64,000 bases of DNA, taken from contig JACPRU010000051.1 of assembly GCA_016189835.1 (NCBI GenBank), positions 944 through 64,943 of the forward strand, given 5' to 3'. A model generated the notes under the pieces. It was not told where the DNA came from, did no database searches, and was given only the letters and a program-made list of their open reading frames with translations. Below, piece after piece: positions 1 to 10,061 of this stretch. The first letter of the stretch is position 1. Each line of letters starts with the position of its first letter. The translations under genes were made by a program, and so were the position numbers. Source of the DNA: Deltaproteobacteria bacterium. Lineage in GTDB: Bacteria; Desulfobacterota; Binatia; JACPRU01.

Positions 1-863
1 CCGAGCCGGAAGCTCAGGGTGTCGACCGTGATCGCGCCGCCGCCGACCACCTCGTGCAGCGCCCGCAGGCCGACCCGCCGCCCGCGGGCGATCTCGCGCA
101 AACCGTGCTTGACCAGCACGCGGTTCTCCTCGAGCAGGGGCACGAGATCGGCCACGGTGCCGAGCGCCACCAGATCGAGCAGCCGGCGCAGATCCGGCAC
201 CGCGGCGCCGCTCTCCCGCAGGCGCATGCGCACGCCCATCAGCAGGTAGAACACCACGCCGGCCGCACTGAGCCCGGCGAACGGGAACCCCGCTTGGAAC
301 ACCACGGGATTCAGCACCGCGAGCGCCGGCGGGCGAAGCGCGGGATTCTGGTGGTGATCGCACACGATGATCTCCAACCCGAGGCGCGCCGCCTCGGCGA
401 TCTCGGCGTGGGCGGCGGCGCCGCAGTCCGCGGTGACGACCAGCCGCGCTCCACGCGCGGCGAGCTCGCGAAGCCCGCTGGCCCGCAAACCGTAGCCGTC
501 GCGGAGGCGATGCGGAATGTGCACGATCGGCTCGCAGCCGAGGTCGCGGAGAAACAGCAGGAGCTGCGTGCTCGCGGTGATGCCGTCCACGTCGTAGTCG
601 CCGTACACGGCGATTCGCTCGCGCCGCCGCACGGCGTCGACCAGCCGCTCCGCCGCACGAGGCATCTCGGCGAAGAGCATCGGTGACCGCAGGCTGCGAG
701 CCAGCGATGCGTCGAGGAAGCTCGCCGCCCGGGCCGGCTCCGTCAGTCCCCGGTTGGCCAGCAGCTGGGCGAGCAACGCGCCGATGCCGAGCTCGCGCTC
801 GAGCCGCGTTCGCGCGCTCGGCTCGTCGGCGGCAAGCGTCCAGCGGCGACTCGCTCGCGACAT
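1..863 (-). CDS. recJ: single-stranded-DNA-specific exonuclease RecJ (N-terminal portion; gene continues beyond the window start)
   Basis: My own minus-strand translation from an ATG at ~861-863 gives MSRASRRWTLAADEPSARTRLERELGIGALLAQLLANRGL...IAVYGDYDVDGITAS...VTADCGAAAHAE...IIVCDHHQ, a DHH-family RecJ N-terminus. It is absent from the ORF track because there is no stop inside the window. It lies 34 nt downstream of secF. Confidence 0.75.
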   Translation of the reverse strand, partial: MSRASRRWTLAADEPSARTRLERELGIGALLAQLLANRGLTEPARAASFLDASLARSLRSPMLFAEMPRAAERLVDAVRRRERIAVYGDYDVDGITASTQLLLFLRDLGCEPIVHIPHRLRDGYGLRASGLRELAARGARLVVTADCGAAAHAEIAEAARLGLEIIVCDHHQNPALRPPALAVLNPVVFQAGFPFAGLSAAGVVFYLLMGVRMRLRESGAAVPDLRRLLDLVALGTVADLVPLLEENRVLVKHGLREIARGRRVGLRALHEVVGGGAITVDTLSFRL

Positions 864-896
864 CCGCTGCCGCCCGTGCCGCGCCTCGGACCGGAG

Positions 897-1823
897 CTAC
901 GCCGCGGCCTTGGCGCGCGTCCGAGGCTTGAAATCCATGTACAGCACGATCGGGCTCGCCACGTAGACCGACGAGTAGGTCCCCACGAGCACGCCGACCA
1001 GCAGCGTGAACGCGAATCCGTGGATGATCTCGCCGCCGAGAAAGAACAGCGCCAGCACGACCAGGAACACCGTTCCGCCGGTCAGGATCGTCCGGCTGAG
1101 CGTCTCGTTGATGCTGCGGTTCATCACCGCGGCCAGAGGCTCGCGGCGGCTCTTGCGCATGTTCTCGCGAATCCGGTCCGACACGATCACCGTGTCGTTG
1201 ACGGAATAGCCGACGAGCGTGAGCAGCGCGGCCACCGTCGTGAGGTCGAACTCCATGCCGGTGAACGACAACGCCGCGACCGCCACCATCACGTCGTGCA
1301 GCAGCGCCACGGCGGCGCCGACGCCGAACCGCGGCTCGAAGCGAACGGCGATGTACACCCCCATGACCACCGTGGCCGCCAGCACGGCGAGCACCGCGCG
1401 CTGCCGCAAATCCTTTCCGACGCGCGGGCCGACGGTCTCGATGCGCAGCACCTCGAAGTCGCTCTTGCCGCGAAAGCGTCCGGAGAGCGTGTTGCTGATC
1501 TGTTGCGGCAGGCCGCGCTTCAACTCGGGATCGGACTCCAGCATGCGCACGATGAACTCGTTCGAGCCGCCGCTCCCGAAGTCCTGCACCGTGACGTCCT
1601 TCGCCGCGATGCTCTCCAGCGCCGAGCGGATGTCGTTGATGGACACCGCTTGGTGAAACTTGACGTGAATCAGCGTCCCACCCGCGAAGTCGATGCCGTA
1701 GTTCACTCCGCGCACCGCCAGCGACACCGCGCCGAGCACGATCACGACGATCGACACCGTCACCGCGTAGAAACGATAGCCCACGAAGTCGATGTTGGTT
1801 CCGGGCCGGATGAGTTCGAACAT
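897..1823 (-). CDS. secF: protein translocase subunit SecF
   Basis: The C-terminal 308 aa of ORF 897..3395(-) start at MFELIRPGTNIDFVGY... The start was recomputed to the cat at 1821-1823. The product is a typical SecF membrane protein. Confidence 0.9.
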   Translation of the reverse strand: MFELIRPGTNIDFVGYRFYAVTVSIVVIVLGAVSLAVRGVNYGIDFAGGTLIHVKFHQAVSINDIRSALESIAAKDVTVQDFGSGGSNEFIVRMLESDPELKRGLPQQISNTLSGRFRGKSDFEVLRIETVGPRVGKDLRQRAVLAVLAATVVMGVYIAVRFEPRFGVGAAVALLHDVMVAVAALSFTGMEFDLTTVAALLTLVGYSVNDTVIVSDRIRENMRKSRREPLAAVMNRSINETLSRTILTGGTVFLVVLALFFLGGEIIHGFAFTLLVGVLVGTYSSVYVASPIVLYMDFKPRTRAKAAA

Positions 1824-1837
1824 GGAGCGACGTCCCT

Positions 1838-3496
1838 TCAGATGCTCACCGCGCGGATCTTGTGCACCTGGACGCGGATGTCGTGCCAGACGCGGGTGCA
1901 GAAGTAGGCCGTGAAGATCGTGGTGACCAGACCGATGCAGAGCGTGACGGCGAACCCTTTCACCGGGCCGGATCCGAACTGGAAGAGGATCAATCCCGAC
2001 AGGAACGTGGTCACGTGGGTGTCGATGATCGCCGGGAAGGCCCGCTCGTAACCGGCGTCGACCGCCGCCCTCACGGTCTTGCCGAGCCGGGTCTCTTCGC
2101 GGATGCGCTCGTTGATCAGCACGTTGGCGTCCACGGCGATACCCATCGTGAGCACGATGCCGGCGATTCCGGGGAGCGTCAGCGTGGCTCCGAACGCAGC
2201 CAGGCCGGCCAGCATGTACAGCACGTTGATCAGCAGCGCCGCGTCGGCGAGCACGCCCGCGCCGCGGTAGTAGACGGCCATGAAGAGAATCACCAGCACG
2301 CTGCCGACCGCGAACGACAGCATCCCCTGCCGGATGGAGTCCCGGCCGAGCGAGGGGCCGACGGTGCGCTCCTCGGCGATCGTCACCGGCGCAGGCAGCG
2401 CGCCGGCGCGCAGCACGATCGTCAGGTCGCGTGCGTCGCGGATGTCGAAGCTGCCGGTGATGACGGCGCGGCCGCCGGCGATCCGCTCCTGGATGCGCGG
2501 CGCCGAATACACGGTGTTGTCGAGCACGATCGCCAGCCGCCGTCCGACGTTCTTGGCCGTGAGGTCTTCGAACAGGTTCGCGCCGCGCGCGTTGAAGCTC
2601 AGCTCGACCAAGTAGTTCCCCGGGACGTTGCTGTCCGGTCGCGGCCGGGCATCGGCGATGACCTCCCCCGTCATCAGCGTCTTCTTCTCCAGGAGATGAG
2701 CGATCGGCCGGCTCCGTCCCGAGAGCGGCTCGGTCTCCATGCCGCAGAGGACCTCGGAGCCCGCCCCGGCGCGCGCGGTGGCGCGGGCGAGCGACTGGCC
2801 CCGCTCCGGATCCCGTAGACGACAGGGATCCTCGCCGCCGAGCGCGCTCTCCACGGATTTGTTCTCGGCCAGCAGCTTGAACTCGAGAATCGCCGTCTTG
2901 CCGATGATGCTCTTGGCGCGATCCGGATCGGTCTCGCCGGGAAGCTGCACCAGGATGGAATCGCTGCCGCTGCGCTGGATGAGCGGCTCGGAGAGACCGA
3001 GCTGGTCGATGCGGTTGCGCACCGTCTCCAGAGACTGCTCGACGGCGAATTCCTGGATGCGCTCGATTTCCTTCGCGGTCACGACGAAGCGAAGCCGACC
3101 GGCGGGCACGTCCGCCGTCACGCGCTGTAGCGTCGGAAAGCGGTCCTTCACCACCCCGGCCACGTCCTCCGCTTTGCCCCCTTCGGCGAGGTCGATCACG
3201 ATCGCCCGGCTGCCGTCGCGGCTCACGCCGCCGACCGCTACCCGCGCGCTCTGCAGCTCGCGCTTGAGGTCTTCCGCCGAACGGTCGACGCTGAACTCCA
3301 GCGCCTTTTCGGTCTGCACCTCGAGAACGAGGTGCATACCCCCCTGCAAGTCGAGGCCGAGGCGGATTGCCTGGTCGGGAAGGAAGGATCTCCACCAGGA
3401 CGGAAGCGAGCGAACGACGGTCGGCACGAGATAGAGCAACGCCGCCAACGTCGCGCCCAGCACGAGCAACGACCGGTAGAGGAGGTTGCGCGTCAT
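1838..3496 (-). CDS. secD: protein translocase subunit SecD
   Basis: ORF 1838..3904(-) has its true start at the internal MTRNLLYRSLLVLGATLAALLYLVP (atg at 3494-3496). The product has the SecD periplasmic and TM domains, and the start overlaps the yajC stop. Confidence 0.9.
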   Translation of the reverse strand: MTRNLLYRSLLVLGATLAALLYLVPTVVRSLPSWWRSFLPDQAIRLGLDLQGGMHLVLEVQTEKALEFSVDRSAEDLKRELQSARVAVGGVSRDGSRAIVIDLAEGGKAEDVAGVVKDRFPTLQRVTADVPAGRLRFVVTAKEIERIQEFAVEQSLETVRNRIDQLGLSEPLIQRSGSDSILVQLPGETDPDRAKSIIGKTAILEFKLLAENKSVESALGGEDPCRLRDPERGQSLARATARAGAGSEVLCGMETEPLSGRSRPIAHLLEKKTLMTGEVIADARPRPDSNVPGNYLVELSFNARGANLFEDLTAKNVGRRLAIVLDNTVYSAPRIQERIAGGRAVITGSFDIRDARDLTIVLRAGALPAPVTIAEERTVGPSLGRDSIRQGMLSFAVGSVLVILFMAVYYRGAGVLADAALLINVLYMLAGLAAFGATLTLPGIAGIVLTMGIAVDANVLINERIREETRLGKTVRAAVDAGYERAFPAIIDTHVTTFLSGLILFQFGSGPVKGFAVTLCIGLVTTIFTAYFCTRVWHDIRVQVHKIRAVSI

Positions 3497-3831
3497 GACG
3501 GGGCGCCTTCCTTGTCCTCGGCCTTGACGGAGCGCTGCGGCGCCGGCTCGATGCTGCGGCGATCGACCTTGACGCGGACGTTGCTCGCCAGCTCCACCCA
3601 CGCCACCGGCCCCTTCAGGTCGACGACGCGCGCGTACAATCCGCCGGCGGCGAGCACCTCGTCGCCCTTCTTGAGCTTCGCGCGGAAAGTCTCCTTGTCC
3701 CGCTCCCGCTTCTGCTGCGGCCGCAGCACGATGAAGTAGAAGATGCCGAAGATGGCGAGCATCATGATGAGCGGCCCGAAGGCCGACGGGCCTTCCGGCC
3801 CCGCCATCTGGGCGAGCACCAGCTCCTTCAT
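3493..3831 (-). CDS. yajC: preprotein translocase subunit YajC
   Basis: The 112-aa product MKELVLAQMAGPEGPS...FGIFYFIVLRPQQKRE is YajC. It sits in the conserved yajC-secDF order. Confidence 0.9.
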   Translation of the reverse strand: MKELVLAQMAGPEGPSAFGPLIMMLAIFGIFYFIVLRPQQKRERDKETFRAKLKKGDEVLAAGGLYARVVDLKGPVAWVELASNVRVKVDRRSIEPAPQRSVKAEDKEGAPS

Positions 3832-4961
3832 TCTCTCTCCCCTTCTCCTCCGGCGAGCTCGCAGAGTATCCGCGATGTGTATTCCGGAAAGCGCCCCTGC
3901 TCAAGGGCTCGCCGCAACCCGGCCACGAGGCCGAGGTAGTACGCGAGATTGTGCACCGTGTTGAGGATCGCCGAGAGGATCTCTCCCGACACCGCGAGGT
4001 GACGGAGGTAGCCGCGGCTGAAGCGCGCGCACACCGGGCAGGGACAGCGCGGGTCGACGGGACCCGGGTCGCGGGCGAACCGGGCGTTGCGGATGTTCAG
4101 CCGTCCCCGCGAGGTGAACAGTGTTCCGTTGCGCGCGTTGCGCGTCGGCAGCACGCAATCGAAGAGATCGTAGCCCATCGACACGAGCCGAATCAGGTCC
4201 TGCGGGGTGCCGGCGCCCATGAGATAGCGGGGGCGCTCTCGCGGCAGGCGATCCGCGCCGGCCGACGCCGTCTCGTAGAACAGCTCCCGCGGTTCGCCGA
4301 CCGACAACCCGCCGACGGCGTATCCCGGCAGGTCGAGCGCCACCGACAGCTCGGCGCTGCGTTCGCGCAGCGCTGCGACCACGCCGCCCTGCACGATGCC
4401 GAACAGCGCCCCCTGGCCGCTCCAGGCGGCGCGCGATCGCTCGAGCCATCGCGCGGTCCGGGTCACCGACTCCTCGAGCCTGCCCGGCTCGGACGGATAC
4501 GGGGCGCAGTCGTCGAGCGGCATCAGGACGTCGACCCCGAGCCTCTGCTCGATCTCGACCACGCGCTCGGGCGTCAGCGACTGCAGAGAGCCGTCGAGGT
4601 GAGAGCGGATGCGCACTCCGTCGTCGTTCCGCTCGACGAGCTGCGCGAGGCTGAAGACCTGGAAGCCGCCGCTGTCGGTGAGAACCGGCCCGTCCCATCC
4701 CATGAAGCGCGACAGCCCTCCGAGCTCGTGCACCGCCTCGATGCCGGGCCGTAAGGAGAGGTGATAGGCGTTGGCGAGCAGCAGCTGAGCCCCGAGGCGC
4801 CGCAGGTCCTCGGGTGTCGCCCCTTTCACCGCCCCGCCGGTGGCGACCGGCATGAACGCCGGCGTGTCCACCGCGCCTCGCGCGGTATGGAGGCGACCGC
4901 GCCGCGCTCGACTCGACGGATCGGCGGCGAGCACCTCGAAGAAGGGCCGGGCGCCGCTCAT
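3828..4961 (-). CDS. tgt: queuine tRNA-ribosyltransferase (tRNA-guanine transglycosylase)
   Basis: The 377-aa product carries Tgt signatures (LGGLSVGEP, zinc site CPCPVC). Its start overlaps yajC by 4 nt. Confidence 0.9.
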   Translation of the reverse strand: MSGARPFFEVLAADPSSRARRGRLHTARGAVDTPAFMPVATGGAVKGATPEDLRRLGAQLLLANAYHLSLRPGIEAVHELGGLSRFMGWDGPVLTDSGGFQVFSLAQLVERNDDGVRIRSHLDGSLQSLTPERVVEIEQRLGVDVLMPLDDCAPYPSEPGRLEESVTRTARWLERSRAAWSGQGALFGIVQGGVVAALRERSAELSVALDLPGYAVGGLSVGEPRELFYETASAGADRLPRERPRYLMGAGTPQDLIRLVSMGYDLFDCVLPTRNARNGTLFTSRGRLNIRNARFARDPGPVDPRCPCPVCARFSRGYLRHLAVSGEILSAILNTVHNLAYYLGLVAGLRRALEQGRFPEYTSRILCELAGGEGERE

Positions 4962-5998
4962 ACGATCAGCATGGCGTCACCGTAGCTGTAGAAGCGGTAC
5001 TGCCGCGCCACGGCCTCCCGATACGCCGCGAGGATTCGCTCCCTGCCCGCGAACGCCGCCACCAACACCAGCAGCGTCGAGCGCGGCAGGTGGAAGTTCG
5101 TGATCAGCGCCTCGACGACGCGAAACTCGTGGCCCGGGACGATGAACAGCGAAACCTCGCCGCGAAAGCCGCGGCCGGCGAGAAGCTCCGCGGCGGCCGC
5201 CTCGAGGGCGCGGACGGTGGTCGTGCCGACCGCGACCACTCGCCGTCCCTCGCGCTTGGCCTCGGCGATGCGCGCCGCCGTGGCCGGCGGCACCTCGACC
5301 CGCTCCGGCGCCATGTGATGGTCTTCGACCCGCGCCGTGCGGACCGGCAGGAACGTTCCGGGCCCCACGTGCAACGTCAGGTCGACGATCTCCACCTCGC
5401 GCGAGCGCAGGTGATCGATCGTCTCGAGCGTGAAGTGAAGACCGGCGGTCGGCGCCGCGACGGCACCGCACGAGCGCGCATAGACCGTCTGATACGCCTC
5501 GGCGTCGCTCTCGTCCGCCGCTCGGTCGATGTACGGCGGCAGCGGCACCTCGCCGACCGCGTCGAGCAACTCGATCACCGGACGGGGGGCGGCGAGCCGT
5601 ACGCTGCGGATCGCCCCGCCGGCGCCGTCGTCGAGCCAAGTCGCGACGATTCCGCCGCGAAGCTCCGCCGAGCCGCCACGGCGCAGCCGGCGGGCGGGGC
5701 GGGCGAGGCAGGACCAGACTTCTCCGTCCGCGTCGGCGCGCTCGCAGCGCAGCAGCAGCACCTCGACCGCACCGCCGCCGCTGCGCTCGCCCCGCAGCCG
5801 CGCCGGGATCACCCGCGTGTCGTTGCGGACCAACAGGTCGCCGGGGCGCAGATACTCCGGCAAGCGCTCGAAAGAGGAATGCGCCGGACTCGCCGCCGCG
5901 CGATCGACGATCATCAGGCGTGCCGAGCCGCGCTCCGGTAGCGGCCGCTGGGCGATCCGCTCCGGCGGCAGATCGAAGTCGAACTCGTCGAGGTTCAT
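4958..5998 (-). CDS. queA: S-adenosylmethionine:tRNA ribosyltransferase-isomerase
   Basis: The 346-aa product reads MNLDEFDFDLPPERIAQRPL...TNFHLPRSTLLVLVAAFAG, which is QueA. It overlaps tgt by 4 nt in the classical queA-tgt-yajC-secDF arrangement. Confidence 0.9.
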   Translation of the reverse strand: MNLDEFDFDLPPERIAQRPLPERGSARLMIVDRAAASPAHSSFERLPEYLRPGDLLVRNDTRVIPARLRGERSGGGAVEVLLLRCERADADGEVWSCLARPARRLRRGGSAELRGGIVATWLDDGAGGAIRSVRLAAPRPVIELLDAVGEVPLPPYIDRAADESDAEAYQTVYARSCGAVAAPTAGLHFTLETIDHLRSREVEIVDLTLHVGPGTFLPVRTARVEDHHMAPERVEVPPATAARIAEAKREGRRVVAVGTTTVRALEAAAAELLAGRGFRGEVSLFIVPGHEFRVVEALITNFHLPRSTLLVLVAAFAGRERILAAYREAVARQYRFYSYGDAMLIV

Positions 5999-6019
5999 CC
6001 GCCGGGAAAGCCGAGCGCC

Positions 6020-6775
6020 TCAGGCGCGGGGCTTCGCGCTCTTCGGCAACGGCAGGCCGAGCTCCTGCATGACGAGCTGAACGTCCTCCCAGACGAGTTT
6101 CTTGTCGGCCGGATTGCGCAGGATATAGGAAGGGTGGAACGTGGGCATCAGCTTGCGGCCGCGAAACTCGAACCAACGGCCGCGCAGCTTGCTGATCGGC
6201 GTCACCGTGCCGAGCAAGGTCTGCGCCGCGAACTTGCCGAGCGCAACGATCACCTTCGGCGAGATCACGTCGATCTGCCGGAACAGGAACGGCTGGCAGG
6301 CGGCGATCTCATCGGGCTCCGGGTTGCGGTTTCCCGGCGGTCGGCACTTCACCACGTTGGCGATGTACACCTCGCTTCTCTGCAAGCCCATGCCGCGCGT
6401 GATGATGTCGGTGAGGAGCTGCCCCGCTCGTCCGACGAACGGCTCGCCCATGCGGTCCTCGTCCTCGCCGGGCCCCTCGCCGACGAACAGCAGCTCCGCA
6501 TGCGGGTTGCCGACGCCGAAGACGATCTGCGTGCGCCGCTCGCAGAGCTTGCACCGGCGGCAGTCGCCGATCTCCTCGCGTACGACCGCAAGCTCGCTCG
6601 GGGCCTCGGCCGAGCGCCCACCGACCGTCGCGCCCGCGCTCGCGCGCGCGGCGGCGAGGTGCGCGGTGCCGGCGCGGGGAAACCCCTCGACGAACGATTC
6701 GCGCGCCTCCTCGACGAACGCCCGCAGGCCGCGCAGGGCTTCACGCAAGCGCTCTTGAGGCGTGGAATCGGACAT
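6020..6775 (-). CDS. uracil-DNA glycosylase, family 4 (Fe-S UDG)
   Basis: ORF 6020..6871(-) matches family 4 UDG over [28 protein letters not shown]...HPSYILRNP. The start was chosen at the internal [10 protein letters not shown] (M33). Confidence 0.8.
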   Translation of the reverse strand: MSDSTPQERLREALRGLRAFVEEARESFVEGFPRAGTAHLAAARASAGATVGGRSAEAPSELAVVREEIGDCRRCKLCERRTQIVFGVGNPHAELLFVGEGPGEDEDRMGEPFVGRAGQLLTDIITRGMGLQRSEVYIANVVKCRPPGNRNPEPDEIAACQPFLFRQIDVISPKVIVALGKFAAQTLLGTVTPISKLRGRWFEFRGRKLMPTFHPSYILRNPADKKLVWEDVQLVMQELGLPLPKSAKPRA

Positions 6776-6791
6776 TGTACGTTGGCCGCGG

Positions 6792-7688
6792 ATGCCTTGG
6801 CTCGCGCTCGGCGCTGCCATGCTGATCGTGCTCGCCCTGCCCGACTCGGCCTGGGCGTGGGGCCCCGTCACTCACCTTTACCACGGCGCCGAGGTCTTGC
6901 GGAAAGCTAGCAACCTCCCCGCCGCGCTACAACAACTCCTCGCCAGCCATCGCTGGGAGTACTTCTACGGCTGCATCGCCGCCGACATCGTCCAGGTCAA
7001 GCGCTACACCCACTCGATCTACACGCACTGCCACAGCTGGCGCGTCGGCTGGAAGATCCTGGACGAGGCTCGCTCCGCGCCGCAGCGAGCGTTCGCTTAC
7101 GGCTACCTGTCCCATCTCACCTCGGACACCTATTCGCACAACTTCTACGTGCCGACGCAGCTCGTCGCCAGCTTTCCGAGCCGCGCCCGCAGACACGTCT
7201 ACTGGGAGGCGCGGTTCGACGCCCACCTCGAGGACAGCCACCGCGCCCTGCTGCGCGGTGTTGCCGGCCGTCGATTTCCCGAGTGCGACGCGCTGGTCGA
7301 GCGCGTCGTCGGCAAGACGCTGCTGTCGTTCCGCGCCAACAAGCGGATCTTCGAGTCCATGGTCGCGCTGCAGCACCTCTACCGATGGCAAGCCGCGCTG
7401 CGCCGGATCACGGCGCGCTCGCGCTTCACCCTGAGCGCCGGCGAGATCGGACGATACAATGGGCTGTGCATCGCCGCCATCCACGACTTGCTCGAGAACG
7501 GCGACCAGGCGCTCGTCCTGCGCCACGACCCGACCGGCCACGAGAACCTGCGACACGCCAAGGACGTGCGCAGGAAGCTCCGCGAGCTGCGCCGCCGTCG
7601 GCTGCCGATCGAGGAGCTGCGCCAGCGCTTCGTCGAGTCACTCGCGTCGGCCGCCCGGCACCAGCGCGCCTCCGATCGCGAATCCTAG
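6792..7688 (+). CDS. secreted zinc-dependent phospholipase C-like protein
   Basis: ORF 6762..7688(+) has the signal peptide MPWLALGAAMLIVLALPDSAWA followed by mature WGPVTHLYHGAEV. An N-terminal Trp after signal cleavage followed by His is the hallmark of Zn-PLC / alpha-toxin N-domains. The start was set to M11. Confidence 0.6.
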   Translation: MPWLALGAAMLIVLALPDSAWAWGPVTHLYHGAEVLRKASNLPAALQQLLASHRWEYFYGCIAADIVQVKRYTHSIYTHCHSWRVGWKILDEARSAPQRAFAYGYLSHLTSDTYSHNFYVPTQLVASFPSRARRHVYWEARFDAHLEDSHRALLRGVAGRRFPECDALVERVVGKTLLSFRANKRIFESMVALQHLYRWQAALRRITARSRFTLSAGEIGRYNGLCIAAIHDLLENGDQALVLRHDPTGHENLRHAKDVRRKLRELRRRRLPIEELRQRFVESLASAARHQRASDRES

Positions 7689-7768
7689 TCCACCGGAGCC
7701 GCGGGCCTCGGCCGGGGGACTCGAGCCTGGATCCACCCGGGCGGCGACCGTGCCCGGCTCGCGTGCGA

Positions 7769-9034
7769 TCACGGCTCCGCGACTCGCTCCCGCCGCGCCC
7801 GCGCCCCGGCCTTGGGCTCCGCCGGCCCCGACGCCGAGCTCCGCAGGCTCGCCACCCGCTCCATCAGACGCTCGGCGACGACCTCCTTGTCGAGCAGCGG
7901 CCAGCCTTCCGCCTCGCCCTCGGCGCTGATCAGCCACACGCGATTCGTGTCCACGTCGAATCCCGCATCCGTCTGACTCACGTCGTTCAGCACGATCAGG
8001 TCGAGGCGCTTCTCGCGCAGCTTGCGGCGTGCGTGCTCGATGCCGTGCTCGGTTTCCGCGGCGAAGCCGACCAGCAGGCGATCGGCGCGCCGCCGGGCAC
8101 CGACCTCGGAGAGGATGTCCTCGGTCTGTTCGAGCGCCAGCGACAACGAGCCGTTGCCCTTCTTGATCTTGTGGCGGGCGGGGTGGGCCGCGCGATAATC
8201 CGCGACGGCGGCGGTCATCACGACGACACTTGCCCACGGCTCACGCGCGAGCACCGCGTCGCGCATCTCGCTCGCCGTCGTCACCGCGATCCGCTCCACC
8301 CCCAGAGGAGCTTCCAACGCCGTGGGGCCGGTCACCAGCACCACCGACGCTCCGTGACGCCGGGCGGCGGCGGCGACGGCGAAGCCCATCTTTCCCGACG
8401 AGCGGTTCGAGATGAATCGCACCGGGTCGATCGCTTCGCGGGTCGGTCCCGCGGTCACCAGAACGCGCTCGCCCGCCATCACCTGCGGCGTGAGCGCCGT
8501 CTTGATTCCCTCGAGCAGGGACGCTTCGGAAGCGAGCCGCCCCTCTCCTTCGTAGCCGCACGCCAGCCAGCCGGCCTCGGGATCGACGAGGTGCATGCCG
8601 AGCTGGCGAAGCTTCGCCAGGTTCGCCTGCACGACGGGATTGCGGTACATGTTGACGTTCATCGCCGGCGCGACCACGATCGGCGCCCGCGTCGCCAGGG
8701 CCACCGTGGTCAGCAGGTCGTCGGCGATCCCGTGCGCCAGCTTGGCGATCACGTTGGCGGTCGCCGGCGCGATCACCAGCACGTCCGCGGAGTCCGCCAG
8801 ACGGATGTGGCCGATCTCGGATTCCTGCGTCAGGTCGAAGGTGTCGATCGCCACGGGGTGGCCGGACAGCGTCTGCAGCGTGAGCGACGTGATGAACTGC
8901 GCGGCGCCGCGGGTGAGCACCACCCGCACCGTGACGCCTTGCTTGACGAGCGCGCGCACCAGCTCGGCGGCCTTGTAACAGGCGATGCCGCCCGAAAGCC
9001 CGAGCACCACGGTCTTGTCATGAAGCACCGGCAT
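7769..9034 (-). CDS. coaBC: bifunctional phosphopantothenoylcysteine decarboxylase / phosphopantothenate-cysteine ligase
   Basis: The 430-aa ORF has the Dfp flavoprotein N-domain ([23 protein letters not shown]) and the CoaB C-domain. The start was chosen at MPVLHDK (M10); a GTG start 27 nt upstream is an alternative. Confidence 0.85.
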   Translation of the reverse strand: MPVLHDKTVVLGLSGGIACYKAAELVRALVKQGVTVRVVLTRGAAQFITSLTLQTLSGHPVAIDTFDLTQESEIGHIRLADSADVLVIAPATANVIAKLAHGIADDLLTTVALATRAPIVVAPAMNVNMYRNPVVQANLAKLRQLGMHLVDPEAGWLACGYEGEGRLASEASLLEGIKTALTPQVMAGERVLVTAGPTREAIDPVRFISNRSSGKMGFAVAAAARRHGASVVLVTGPTALEAPLGVERIAVTTASEMRDAVLAREPWASVVVMTAAVADYRAAHPARHKIKKGNGSLSLALEQTEDILSEVGARRRADRLLVGFAAETEHGIEHARRKLREKRLDLIVLNDVSQTDAGFDVDTNRVWLISAEGEAEGWPLLDKEVVAERLMERVASLRSSASGPAEPKAGARARRERVAEP

Positions 9035-10025
9035 CTCTCCAGCTCTCACCGGCCTCGGCACGAATCTCCTTCAACGTGAAGCTCTCTCGCAGGAAGAAGT
9101 ATAGCCCAAGGAGAACCGTGCTGGCGAACTGCATCACGTGGACCAGCACCGAGTAGCTGAAGGATACGCTCTTGCCGACGCCGTACACGGCGAGGCCGAC
9201 CTCGCAACCGACCTGGAACATGCCGATGAAGCCCGGGCCTCCGGGAATCGCCACCGCGATCGCCACGATCGAGGTGAGCGACAGCGCCCCCCGCACCCAC
9301 GGCACCGGCAGGTCGAGCGCCGACAGGCCCAACCCGAAGGTGAGCGCCAGGGTCAGCCACACCGCCAACGAATAGAGCATCGCCAGACCGACCGCCGCCG
9401 CGCTGCGCAGGCTGCCGAGACCGTCGGCGAATTGCCGCACCGCATGCAGCAGCGGACCGGCGAGCCGCGCGGGGGCCGGCCGCAGAACGGCGGCGAGCAG
9501 CTCCACCGCGCGACCGGGGAAATGCTGCAGCACGACCAGCACGACGAGAAACGCCACGAACGTGGCGAGAAACAGCCAACCGTATCGCTGCCATTCCGGC
9601 GGCAAGGGCAGCGCGAGCGTGGCCACGCCGAAGAAGAGCACCAACGTGGCCATGTCGAACAGTCGCTCCACGGCGACGGTCGCCACGGTCGGGGCGAGCG
9701 GCAGCCCCTCCTTGCGCGCCAGCACGAGCGGACGCAGCACCTCGCCGGCGCGCAACGGCAGCAGCATGTTGGCGGCGAAGCCCATGGCGGTCGCTGCGAA
9801 CAGCGATCGTCGACTGACCGGCGCGAGCGGCAAGAGCAGCACCCCCCAGCGCAGCGCACGGAAGTACAACGAGACGCCCGCCGCCAGCAGGATCGGCAGC
9901 AGGTAGAGCATCCTCGCCGACGCCAGCGCCGCCGAGGTCTCCCCCCACGACACGTCGCGTACGGCGATCCACAGAAACACCGCCGAGAGCGCGAGGCTCA
10001 GGGCTATTCGCGTTAGACGCTTCAA
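9018..10025 (-). CDS. flippase-like domain membrane protein (UPF0104 / lysyl-PG-synthase TM-region family)
   Basis: The 335-aa polytopic membrane protein has the organisation typical of TIGR00374 / PF03706. It lies 37 nt downstream of ino1 and overlaps the coaBC start. Confidence 0.65.
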   Translation of the reverse strand: MKRLTRIALSLALSAVFLWIAVRDVSWGETSAALASARMLYLLPILLAAGVSLYFRALRWGVLLLPLAPVSRRSLFAATAMGFAANMLLPLRAGEVLRPLVLARKEGLPLAPTVATVAVERLFDMATLVLFFGVATLALPLPPEWQRYGWLFLATFVAFLVVLVVLQHFPGRAVELLAAVLRPAPARLAGPLLHAVRQFADGLGSLRSAAAVGLAMLYSLAVWLTLALTFGLGLSALDLPVPWVRGALSLTSIVAIAVAIPGGPGFIGMFQVGCEVGLAVYGVGKSVSFSYSVLVHVMQFASTVLLGLYFFLRESFTLKEIRAEAGESWRDAGAS

Positions 10026-10061
10026 GCGGCGCGCACGGCCCGAGAAGGGCGGATGGCTCGC

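Noticed and set aside
9031-9061. Possible longer CoaBC N-terminus (MPRPVRAGE...) starting at a GTG that would overlap the upstream UPF0104 gene further
   Set aside because: Dfp proteins normally begin a few residues before the K(T/P)(I/V)(L/V)LG(V/I)(T/S)GGIA(A/C)YK motif, and the internal ATG ([12 protein letters not shown]) fits this. The longer form is kept only as an alternative.
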